Assembly: GCF_000039765.1 (NCBI RefSeq) | Contig: NC_004460.2 | Location: forward strand, 1,500,001-1,532,000 | Direction of reading: 5' to 3' | DNA: 32,000 bases | From: Vibrio vulnificus CMCP6 | Lineage (GTDB): Bacteria; Pseudomonadota; Gammaproteobacteria; Enterobacterales; Vibrionaceae | Made by a program: the position numbers and the translations under genes | Part shown: positions 17,979 through 25,576 of the stretch, piece after piece | How the letters are laid out: each line of letters starts with the position of its first letter | How positions within the stretch are numbered: position 1 is the first letter of the stretch | Notes under the pieces: model-generated | Seen by the model: only the letters and a program-made list of their open reading frames with translations | Told to the model about the DNA's origin: nothing | Databases searched by the model: none

Positions 17979-18731
17979 ATGGAGCTGTTCTCCCTATTTG
18001 ATATCAATAATACGCTTGTGAATATTCCGATTGGTGATGGCTATGCGATGAGCTGGATTGAAGCCATTGGGACCATTTTTGGTTTGCTTTGCATTTGGTT
18101 TGCCAGCCAAGAAAAAACCATCAACTATCTATTTGGTTTGATTAACGTGACGCTATTTGCGGTGATCTTCTTCCAAATTCAATTATACGGATTGCTTTTG
18201 CTACAGCTGTTTTTCTTTTGTGCTAACGTTTATGGCTGGTATGCATGGACAAGACCGAATGCCGAAGGGGATTTGCTGGAAGTGCGCTGGCTGAGCCAAA
18301 AGAAAATGGTGATCACTGCGGGCCTCTGCGTGTGTGCGATTGCGTTATTGACCGTGTACATCGACCCATTTTTCTTCGCATTGGCAAATATCGCAGTGGA
18401 CACCATGAATGTGTTCGGCGCTGGGCTTGCTGAGCCAGTATTGGAGCCCGACGCTTTCCCATTCTGGGATTCGACCATGACGGTATTGTCCATCGTGGCG
18501 CAAATCCTCATGACCAGAAAATATGTTGAAAACTGGGTGCTTTGGGTGGTGATCAACATCATTAGTGTGGGCATCTATGCCATGCAAGGTGTGTATGCGA
18601 TGTCACTGCAGTACGCGATCCTGATGTTCATTGCTGCGAATGGCACGCGTGAATGGGCTCGTACGGCGAAGCGCAACCAAGCATCGACGCAGCAGAAGTC
18701 AGAAAAATCGGCCGATGAGGCAGTCGCATGA
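17979..18731 (+). CDS. pnuC: PnuC-family nicotinamide riboside (nucleoside-type vitamin) transporter
   Basis: 250 aa, 7-8 TM. PnuC-like N-terminus SWIEAIGTIFGLLCIWFASQEKTINYLFGLINVTLFAVIFF and the YGWYAW motif. AAAGGA RBS. Confidence 0.85.
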   Translation: MELFSLFDINNTLVNIPIGDGYAMSWIEAIGTIFGLLCIWFASQEKTINYLFGLINVTLFAVIFFQIQLYGLLLLQLFFFCANVYGWYAWTRPNAEGDLLEVRWLSQKKMVITAGLCVCAIALLTVYIDPFFFALANIAVDTMNVFGAGLAEPVLEPDAFPFWDSTMTVLSIVAQILMTRKYVENWVLWVVINIISVGIYAMQGVYAMSLQYAILMFIAANGTREWARTAKRNQASTQQKSEKSADEAVA

Positions 18732-19456
18732 GTAAACAACCTCATCTGTGTGTTGATGAAACGCAAGTTGCAGAGCGAGTGATCGTGTGTGGCGAGCCGG
18801 ATCGCGCTAACCGAATTGCGGCGTTACTGGAAAACGCCGAACTGGTTGCAGAGAACCGCGAATACCGCCTTTTTAACGGTGAGTTTCAAGGTAAAGCCAT
18901 CACCGTTTGCAGTACGGGTATTGGTGCTCCATCAATGATTATTGCCGTTGAGGAGCTCAAGCAATGCGGCGCGAAATACATCATTCGTGTTGGTTCGGCA
19001 GGGGCGATGCAACCGAACATCGCACTGGGTGAGTTGATCGTAGCGGAAGGGGCGGTGCGCGATGAAGGGGGCTCAAAAGCCTACATTGATGCGGCTTATC
19101 CTGCTTATGCCAGTTTTAGCTTGCTCAAAGGGTTGGATGGCTATTTGCAAACGCAAGCGGTGCCCTACCATATGGGCGTCGTGCGTTCTCACGACAGCTT
19201 CTATACCGATGATGAAGAAACTTTGTGCCAATACTGGAACAAAAAAGGCATCTTGGGAGCCGATATGGAAACTTCGGCGTTGTTTACGGTGGGTCGTTTA
19301 CGTGGATTGCACGTGGCTTCTGTGCTGAATAATGTCGTGCGCTATCAGCAAGATGTTAAAGAAGGGGTAAGCCAATACGTGAATGATGATGATGCCATGA
19401 TGGCGGGCGAAAAACGTGCGTCATTGGCGGCTTTAACCGCGCTTTCCTGCCAATAG
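18728..19456 (+). CDS. Nucleoside phosphorylase, NP-I hexameric family (Udp/DeoD-like, 242 aa)
   Basis: Family motifs: CGEPDRANRIA, CSTGIGAPSMIIAVEEL, IIRVGSAGA and GADMETSALF. The start ATG overlaps the pnuC stop (ATGA at 18728-18731), indicating translational coupling. Confidence 0.85.
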   Translation: MSKQPHLCVDETQVAERVIVCGEPDRANRIAALLENAELVAENREYRLFNGEFQGKAITVCSTGIGAPSMIIAVEELKQCGAKYIIRVGSAGAMQPNIALGELIVAEGAVRDEGGSKAYIDAAYPAYASFSLLKGLDGYLQTQAVPYHMGVVRSHDSFYTDDEETLCQYWNKKGILGADMETSALFTVGRLRGLHVASVLNNVVRYQQDVKEGVSQYVNDDDAMMAGEKRASLAALTALSCQ

Positions 19457-19478
19457 ACAACCATCTTGCTCATAATAG

Positions 19479-19507
19479 AAAACGGCATCTTCGGATGCCG
19501 TTTTTCG
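19479..19507. terminator. Strong intrinsic terminator after the pnuC/phosphorylase operon
   Basis: CGGCATC (19483-19489) pairs with GATGCCG (19494-19500), loop TTCG, followed by TTTTT. An A-run upstream would allow bidirectional function. Confidence 0.8.
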
Positions 19508-19571
19508 TTTGGAAAAACTTGTGAGTGCAGAGCCAAATGTCAGTGATGCTTATTGCTATCCAATCACGACC

Positions 19572-19617
19572 ATTGTTTGAAATCGATTGTTTGAAATCGA
19601 TTGTTTGAAATCGATTG
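19572..19617. repeat. Perfect 14-bp tandem repeat ATTGTTTGAAATCG x3 plus a partial 4th copy
   Basis: Read directly from the sequence: copies at 19572-19585, 19586-19599 and 19600-19613, then ATTG. It lies in the convergent intergenic region, 27 nt beyond the stop of the CSD-membrane gene. Confidence 0.9.
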
Positions 19618-19643
19618 GCTCACGGCGTTAGAGTGAAAATCCC

Positions 19644-20240
19644 CTAAAGTGAAAAAGCACCAAAAACTACCTGAACAAGGTGTCGACCTGACTCGGTAAA
19701 TAACCAAAGAAAACCAGCGATATTCAGAGTGATAGTCAGCCATAGAATGAATTTGAAAGGCTGTTTTTTCGATTTGTGTCGCAACAGAAATTGAGCTAAT
19801 AGCGCTCCAGGCCAACCACCGAGTAATGAGAGGAGATGCAGGGTGCTTTCAGGTGTTCTCCAGCGACCATCCTGCGCTGCCTGTTTATCCTTAGCAAACA
19901 TCAGATAGGTGAACATACTCAACACTACATACAATGGGATGAGAATTTTTGGCCCATCGAATAGGACGACGGAGGCGGTTGCTGCAACGAAAAAGCTAAA
20001 ACCAAACAAAACGGTAAAAGGGAAGCCATGCACACCAAGAACGACAACATTTTCAGCGTTGAAGCGCCCTTTTTTGTCTTCAGCCACGTTGAAAGTGACA
20101 TTGTCTTTTATTTTGGGGCGATAGCCACGATTTGTGACGGAAGAAATATGAAAGAATACTTTCAGTTCTCCACCAATGGCAGAAATGAACCCGTAACCTT
20201 TTTCGTCATTCCATTCTATTATTTGGCCTTTTATTGCCAT
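19644..20240 (-). CDS. Cold-shock-domain protein fused to a DUF1294-type membrane domain
   Basis: The N-terminus MAIKGQIIEWNDEKGYGFISA...VFFHISSV has the CSD RNP1-like KGYGFI motif. It is followed by three or more hydrophobic helices (FPFTVLFGFSFFVAATASVVLF..., LLSLLGGWPGALLAQFLLRHKSKK typical of DUF1294). Confidence 0.8.
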   Translation of the reverse strand: MAIKGQIIEWNDEKGYGFISAIGGELKVFFHISSVTNRGYRPKIKDNVTFNVAEDKKGRFNAENVVVLGVHGFPFTVLFGFSFFVAATASVVLFDGPKILIPLYVVLSMFTYLMFAKDKQAAQDGRWRTPESTLHLLSLLGGWPGALLAQFLLRHKSKKQPFKFILWLTITLNIAGFLWLFTESGRHLVQVVFGAFSL

Positions 20241-20497
20241 CCTTCGCTATTTCATGGTGATGTCTGTGGATTTGTCTTATAACATTTTAAGCAATTGTTG
20301 GCATATGAATTTCACCACTAAATATACCTTAGATAGGGCATGCCCCGTTCTCAAGCTCTTCGCAAGGTACGATTCAAGCCAACACGATCAAAACTCGTTG
20401 CATCAGTGATAACGCAAGAGCGCCAAACTCTCTGTAAAAAGATGACATCTTGGCCAAGGAAACGTACTCTTCCCATAACGCATCACAGAGGTGAAAC

Positions 20498-21178
20498 ATG
20501 AGAATCACGCCTTCCGCAACAGGCCGTTTTTCTGCCTATTTAGCAGAGCAGAGCAAAGCTTTTCGAGAGCTGATCTACCGTTGCCAAGTCAGCAGTTACT
20601 ATGTTGATGCAGGGACTGAGATCCTCCGTCAGGGGGAAAAGCTAGAACAACTGTTTGTTGTGCCAGTGGGGCGCGTTTCTATGAACATCATAGCGGCCAA
20701 TGGTCGACGTTTTCAGCTCGGAGAAGCGAACTGCGATGACCATATTTTCGGTGAAATGGAGTTCTTTACGCAAACGCCTTGTCAATGGACGGTTACGGCT
20801 GACGAACATCTGCAAGTTGACCTTATTTGCATTCATCGTTTGGCTCAAGCATTAGAGCAGCAGCCGGAAATGATGGTGTTTTTTGCCTCTGCACTGGCGG
20901 AAGATTATCAAGATTCGATGGAGATCTACACCAGCCGCTTGCTTCACCCCATTGCGTACAACATCGCTTTTGATTTATTGCAGCAAAAGCAGCGCCCAGT
21001 CATGCTCGGTGGATTTGATAAGGTCAACCAAGAAGCAGAACGTTTTGGCACCTCAAGCCGCGTTTACCGTCGTGCCGTCAAAGAGCTGATGGACAAAGGC
21101 CTTGTTAGCAAAGGAGAAAACGGTTTAGAGATTGTCGATGAAGAGCAGCTCACACGTTTTCTTGAGAGCAGTGAGTAG
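20498..21178 (+). CDS. Crp/Fnr-family transcriptional regulator
   Basis: GAGGTG RBS. cNMP-binding-like beta-roll (LFVVPVGRVSM...FGEMEFF) followed by a C-terminal HTH (NQEAERFGTSSRVYRRAVKELMDKGLV). No Fnr-type N-terminal Cys cluster. Confidence 0.8.
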   Translation: MRITPSATGRFSAYLAEQSKAFRELIYRCQVSSYYVDAGTEILRQGEKLEQLFVVPVGRVSMNIIAANGRRFQLGEANCDDHIFGEMEFFTQTPCQWTVTADEHLQVDLICIHRLAQALEQQPEMMVFFASALAEDYQDSMEIYTSRLLHPIAYNIAFDLLQQKQRPVMLGGFDKVNQEAERFGTSSRVYRRAVKELMDKGLVSKGENGLEIVDEEQLTRFLESSE

Positions 21179-21549
21179 CTTTTACTTGCTCCTGCTGAGA
21201 AGGGCATTGGATACAAAACCGCTTCTCTTTAATTGGATGAATGTTTCATCTTCATTAGTAAATTAGTTCACATTATAAAAACCTAGAGTGGTGTGATTTG
21301 TCTTTCTCATCACACTCTAGCCCGATGTCTTTCTTGAGATGGTCACTCATGGTGGTCGTACACTTTTCTTTTTTGCTTAAACTTGAAATTATTATTTTAA
21401 ATTTCAATATATTAAGTATTTTCTTGATGTTGATGTATCTCGCTAGTTTCATGGCGATTTCCTTGATTACTTATCAGATAGCGCTATTATCAAGGCAAAC
21501 AAAATGGGTTACGAACAACGATTTATTAAAGGAACTATAACCTCAGCTT

Positions 21550-22443
21550 ATGGACAATCGACTGCGTTATCTCTCAGCACTGCGTTTTTTCGAATCGGCC
21601 TCGCGGCTAAAAAGTTACAGCAAAGCGGCCGAAGAGCTGCATGTTACTCAAGCCGCCATTAGCCAAAAATTACGCCAGCTTGAAGATCGTTTAGGGTGCA
21701 AATTGTTTGTTCGTCGTGGGCGAGAAATGCATCTCACCGATAAGGGTCAGATCCTGCAAAAACATGTGAATGATGGCTTCAAAAACATTGTTACAGGGCT
21801 CAATCGAATTCAAAACGAACCGCTTGAAGGCGTGTTGAATGTTAGTGCCCCTCGCTCGTTTTCGACTCGCTGGTTAATGCCTAGATTGTGGAAATTCACC
21901 ATGGAATTCCCTCATGTACCTATTCGTGTGCAAAACGCTAAGGGCATTGATATCCGCCACACAGAAACGGATGTGCTTATTTGGCAAGGTGATGACACCG
22001 TTGAGCATCTTGAGCTTGAGCAAGAGACGTTATTTGAAGAGGCCATTTTTCCCTACTGCTCACCACAGTTAGCAGAATCCATGAAGTTTACTGAGCCAGA
22101 ACAACTGCTACGCTGTTGGCTGATTGACTTTAACTCTACCTCCTTCAACTGGGATCAATGGTTTCACTGTGCCAATGTTCAGGCCAAGCGTGAAGGGATC
22201 CAATGGATGGAAGTCAGTACGTTCGATATGGCGATTAATGCCGTTGTTGAGGGTCATGGTGCCTGCTTGGCGACAGAGAGCATTACCGCCGATTTCGTCG
22301 AGCGCGGCTTGTTGGTCAAGCCATTTAACATCGGGCTCAAACCTGGCGTTCGCATTTCCGTGATCAGTGATCCTTCGTCATCACGTGTGTTAAGGATTAA
22401 CGCTTTCAAGGAATGGTTACAAAGAGAACTTCATTTTCAGTAA
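21550..22443 (+). CDS. LysR-family transcriptional regulator (GcvA/AmpR-like subgroup)
   Basis: HTH LSALRFFESASRLKSYSKAAEELHVTQAAISQKLRQLEDRLGCKLFVRRGREMHLTDKG. Full-length effector domain. A 10-bp palindrome ATAGCGCTAT (21478-21487) lies about 65 bp upstream. Confidence 0.85.
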   Translation: MDNRLRYLSALRFFESASRLKSYSKAAEELHVTQAAISQKLRQLEDRLGCKLFVRRGREMHLTDKGQILQKHVNDGFKNIVTGLNRIQNEPLEGVLNVSAPRSFSTRWLMPRLWKFTMEFPHVPIRVQNAKGIDIRHTETDVLIWQGDDTVEHLELEQETLFEEAIFPYCSPQLAESMKFTEPEQLLRCWLIDFNSTSFNWDQWFHCANVQAKREGIQWMEVSTFDMAINAVVEGHGACLATESITADFVERGLLVKPFNIGLKPGVRISVISDPSSSRVLRINAFKEWLQRELHFQ

Positions 22444-22518
22444 CCGATGCTTGTTGCTTTCACCTAGCTCCCTGGTTATGCGCAAGTTGATAATGTCTAG
22501 GCTCATAGTGAGCCAAAT

Positions 22519-22552
22519 AAACCAAAGCGAGCCGAGGCTCGCTTTGGTTTGT
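22519..22552. terminator. Bidirectional intrinsic terminator between the LysR gene (+) and the EamA gene (-)
   Basis: ACCAAAGCGAGC (22521-22532) pairs with GCTCGCTTTGGT (22537-22548), a 12-bp perfect stem with loop CGAG. A-rich 5' flank and T-rich 3' flank. Confidence 0.8.
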
Positions 22553-22586
22553 CTTAAAGTGATGGATTCAAAGAGGGGGAACCCGA

Positions 22587-23492
22587 TCAGTTATCCCGAG
22601 TCGAGGTGACAATCACACTAAACAGGATGAGTGCGCCACCGAGCAATTGCAGCGCGGTGAGGGATTCTTGTAACCACACCATCGCGAAAATGGCGCCGAA
22701 GAGCGGTTCACTGCCCATGAGGAGTGAAACGCGAGTCGGTGAGGTTCTGCGCACGGCATAGTTTTGCACGTAGAACGCAAACAGCGTACAAAACAGCACG
22801 AGGTATGCCACGGTGAGCCAAAATTCGAGTGAGACGGGCAGTACAATCTCTGCGGCTGGTACATACACCAATACACCGACGATTGCACAACTGGCCACCA
22901 CGAAAGATTGCAGAGAGGTGAGCGTTGAGGTGGTGATGGCTTTGCCTTCGGTGAAACGTTTGGTCATAGTGACCATTAAGGCACGCAGCAGTGCTGCAGT
23001 TAAAATAAAGTAGTCACCAGTGTTGAGCGAAAGCTCGATGCCTTGCTCGCTGGTGAGCAAGAGTACGCCGATGACACTGCACACAGTGAGAGCCAATAAA
23101 GTATTGCTGATGCGCTTTTTATTGATCACCAGCTCGGCAAACGCCGTTAGGATAACGGTGAGGCTGATCAAAAATGCGGCATTGGATGCAGAGGTTTGTG
23201 AAACCCCAAACACTTCGCAGAAAAAAATCGCCGAGAGGATAAAGCCGGTAGGTATGGCAATCTTCCAGTCCTTATTGAGTCCTTGGCGAAAGTCTCGAAT
23301 CACGACAGGTAGCATACACAGGAAAGTGATCGAGAAACGAATCGAGATAAAGAGCAAAACGCTGGTATACACTAGAGCGCTTTTGGTGAGCCCGTAACTG
23401 GTTCCCCAAAATACGGCCACTAACAGCAGCAGTGTTTCAGTGAGGGGAAACTTAAAACTCCCTTTTTTTAACGAACTCGTCGCTGTAGTCAT
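22587..23492 (-). CDS. EamA/DMT-superfamily transporter (RhtA-like exporter), third gene of the operon
   Basis: ORF 22587..23693 trimmed to the ATG at 23492 (MTTATSSLKKGSFKFPLTETLLLLVAVFWGTSYG). The upstream part of the ORF overlaps the dioxygenase gene out of frame and is Ser/Pro/Arg-rich junk. GGAG RBS. About 10 TM with two EamA repeats. The start is 1 nt after the upstream stop (23494). Confidence 0.85.
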   Translation of the reverse strand: MTTATSSLKKGSFKFPLTETLLLLVAVFWGTSYGLTKSALVYTSVLLFISIRFSITFLCMLPVVIRDFRQGLNKDWKIAIPTGFILSAIFFCEVFGVSQTSASNAAFLISLTVILTAFAELVINKKRISNTLLALTVCSVIGVLLLTSEQGIELSLNTGDYFILTAALLRALMVTMTKRFTEGKAITTSTLTSLQSFVVASCAIVGVLVYVPAAEIVLPVSLEFWLTVAYLVLFCTLFAFYVQNYAVRRTSPTRVSLLMGSEPLFGAIFAMVWLQESLTALQLLGGALILFSVIVTSTRDN

Positions 23493-23493
23493 G

Positions 23494-24246
23494 TTATTTC
23501 TCCATTTTTGTAAAAGCGATGACGAGTACATCCCTAGAGGCTGAGGTCTCACGGCTCGCGGGGGTAATGGTCGAGACTTCGTGCATCGTAGCGGCATCAT
23601 CCGCCATGACGATGTCGAAGGTTTTATCGAGCGTGATGCGCTCGAGCTCATTTTTATTAGCATCGGTGAGGCGGGTTTCGCCACCGGATACATTGATCTT
23701 GTTGATCATCATCGAGGCGATATAAGTCACGCCATCACGATGCAACCCTTCAGGCGTTGGTTCGCCCGCTTCGGCTTCCGTTGCGGTAATGCGATAAGGG
23801 TGCAAGCGGATATTCCAGTTTTGCGGTTCGCCTTCGACGTCGTCATAGATTTCGCTCATCATATTGAGCAACTTTTCTAAAACAGGCGAGGTGACGAAGC
23901 GATCCGTCAGCGGTTCAAAGTGTCTTTCCACGCCTCCGTTGAGCGTGTTGATGTAAGAGGGCTGAACATACGGTTCATGCGGCATCATCACGATCTCTTT
24001 GCTGCGTGCGAGCTTGGTAAATTGACCATAGCGGCGGTAGCGATACGTCCCTCCATCCGCCATATAGCGATCGCGTTCTAGTTGGTTCCAGCAGTTTTTG
24101 AATCGAATCACTTCGCCAACATGAGTGCTGAGCAATAACGTCATTTGTCGTCCATTGATAAAGACGTATTTGTACTTTTTCAGCTGTTGCGAAATGGGAA
24201 GAACGCTCTGCTTGGTTTTATGAGTCGTGCTTTCTGTCATTGTCAT
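23494..24246 (-). CDS. Fe(II)/2-oxoglutarate dioxygenase of the PF10014 (2OG-Fe_Oxy_2, IDO/HilA-like free amino-acid hydroxylase) type
   Basis: 250 aa with GGAGG RBS 5 nt upstream of the ATG. Family-typical GGTYRYRRYGQF motif. HxD...H facial triad candidates are GLHRDGV and ATMHEVS. Family recognition is from memory of IDO-type sequences and was not searched. Confidence 0.8.
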   Translation of the reverse strand: MTMTESTTHKTKQSVLPISQQLKKYKYVFINGRQMTLLLSTHVGEVIRFKNCWNQLERDRYMADGGTYRYRRYGQFTKLARSKEIVMMPHEPYVQPSYINTLNGGVERHFEPLTDRFVTSPVLEKLLNMMSEIYDDVEGEPQNWNIRLHPYRITATEAEAGEPTPEGLHRDGVTYIASMMINKINVSGGETRLTDANKNELERITLDKTFDIVMADDAATMHEVSTITPASRETSASRDVLVIAFTKMEK

Positions 24247-24257
24247 CTGCGCCTCCG

Positions 24258-25472
24258 TTACGCGACTTGATGCTGTTTATCAGATGTCGGTTCAAGTTGA
24301 ACCGAGCGCATACTGCGGGCATGCGCCACGTTTATCTCCCAATTGTCGCGATCACGTAGGTATCGTGCATTATCTGCAACAATACTGGTGGCGATTGCAT
24401 TACCTCGGGAAAGTTTAAAGAGGACACTGCCAGAGACATGCTCGGCAGTGTGAGCGATGAACGCATAGCTGGCATTTTGCAACAGGCTACCGAAGCGACC
24501 TTCGACCGCTTCTTGAGTCCACGTTTCGTTGTGCCATGCTTTGGCTTTGAGAACATCGGTAGGTAAAGTGGCCGTTTCCAGCAACTTATAAGCCTTCATC
24601 AAGAGCATAGCAGCGGGTGCTTCGCGCACCTCTAACACTTTTTCGTCTTGATCGAGATGGTCGAACCCTACATAACGACCTATCTCATACGCGCCAACGT
24701 GGTTGTTAATAAACGCTATTAACTCGAGTAGGGTTATCGGTTTGTCATTTAAGGTAACCGGATAACCTTGTTTGAAACCGATCTTGATGCTGTCGCCTTC
24801 AAGATGGTGCTCTGGTTGCCAACGCGACCAGGTAAAAAGCGAATCGGCGAGGGTGAAGTTTTCCGGATCGTCCAAGATGCCGGATTCAAACTCGCGACAC
24901 CATAAATTGGAATCGCCACTGACATTACGAGATTTAAAGCCAACCAAACCGGAGTGAAATAGCGTCTGAGCTTTTTCTTCGCGGCTGATGGCGGAATATT
25001 CATACGGTGAACCGTAGAACCCTTGGTAGCCTGAACGTTCAATCGCGCCATTGAGACGGCGTAAGCTGTTTTGCGACTGATTCGCGGTGTGGATGATGGC
25101 GTCACAACTGAGGATCTGTGCCAGCTCGACCGCTTTTTTAACAATGATTGGTCGAGAGAGTGAGGAACTGACCGGATAGTCACCTAGGTAAAGCGCTTGT
25201 GCTTGTATGGCAGAAAAGAGGCTGTGTTCAACAAATTCCTGTTTTGCATCGAGGATGTTTAAATCGAAGCCGTAATGATCGGTGATGAGCTTGAGTTTGG
25301 ATTCTTCGATGTCATCGCCAAGATCGATGGCCACCGCCGTGACTTTTGCGCGGCTGTTTTTAAGAATCTCGAGCAAGTAAGAGCTATCTAAGCCGCCGCT
25401 AAAGAGCGTCAACACATGTTTGGCTTGGCTCGCGACGTTTTGTACATCCTCAATACTTCTGATTTTCTTCAT
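24258..25472 (-). CDS. Argininosuccinate-synthase-like PP-loop ATP pyrophosphatase (divergent ArgG paralog)
   Basis: PP-loop LFSGGLDSS at the N-terminus. ArgG-like blocks: ALYLGDYPVSSSLSRPIIVKKAVELA (cf. ALYEGxYLLGTxLARPLIAKxxVEIA) and GDSNLWCREFESGILDDPEN (cf. DENLWHISYEGGxLEDP). The ArgG block HGxTGKGNDQVRF is replaced by HTANQSQNSLRRL. Confidence 0.8.
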   Translation of the reverse strand: MKKIRSIEDVQNVASQAKHVLTLFSGGLDSSYLLEILKNSRAKVTAVAIDLGDDIEESKLKLITDHYGFDLNILDAKQEFVEHSLFSAIQAQALYLGDYPVSSSLSRPIIVKKAVELAQILSCDAIIHTANQSQNSLRRLNGAIERSGYQGFYGSPYEYSAISREEKAQTLFHSGLVGFKSRNVSGDSNLWCREFESGILDDPENFTLADSLFTWSRWQPEHHLEGDSIKIGFKQGYPVTLNDKPITLLELIAFINNHVGAYEIGRYVGFDHLDQDEKVLEVREAPAAMLLMKAYKLLETATLPTDVLKAKAWHNETWTQEAVEGRFGSLLQNASYAFIAHTAEHVSGSVLFKLSRGNAIATSIVADNARYLRDRDNWEINVAHARSMRSVQLEPTSDKQHQVA

Positions 25473-25501
25473 CTCTCTGTCCTTGATGTTGTCTGACTAA
25501 T

Positions 25502-25511
25502 GTCAATTGAC
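25502..25511. promoter_or_regulatory. Perfect 10-bp palindrome GTCAATTGAC in the divergent promoter region (candidate LysR operator)
   Basis: Lies in the 104-bp gap between the ArgG-like start (25472) and the LysR start (25577). Flanked by imperfect ACTAAT/ATTAGT arms. Confidence 0.3.
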
Positions 25512-25576
25512 TTAATTAGTATCTATAAGTAACTTCAACGGAACAATACAGTGAAAATGCAAAGGATAATTGCGCC

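Noticed and set aside
21283-21320. Imperfect long hairpin CTAGAGTG(G)TG...CACACTCTAG about 105 nt downstream of the Crp-like gene
   Set aside because: It may be a terminator or a protein-binding dyad, but it contains bulges and has no U-tract. That is too ambiguous to annotate as a feature.
21298-21540. 80-aa TTG-initiated hydrophobic ORF in the AT-rich region upstream of the GcvA-like LysR gene
   Set aside because: It has a TTG start and no RBS, and its Leu/Ile/Phe-rich composition is what AT-rich promoter DNA yields when translated. The region is more likely regulatory: it contains the ATAGCGCTAT palindrome and a TTGAAATT/AATTTCAA inverted repeat. It could only be rescued by Ribo-seq or conservation evidence.
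23493-23693. N-terminal 67-aa extension of the EamA ORF as given in the track (22587..23693)
   Set aside because: The extension overlaps the 3' end of the dioxygenase gene in another frame and encodes Ser/Pro/Arg-rich sequence. An ATG with a GGAG RBS at 23492 begins exactly where the hydrophobic EamA sequence starts.
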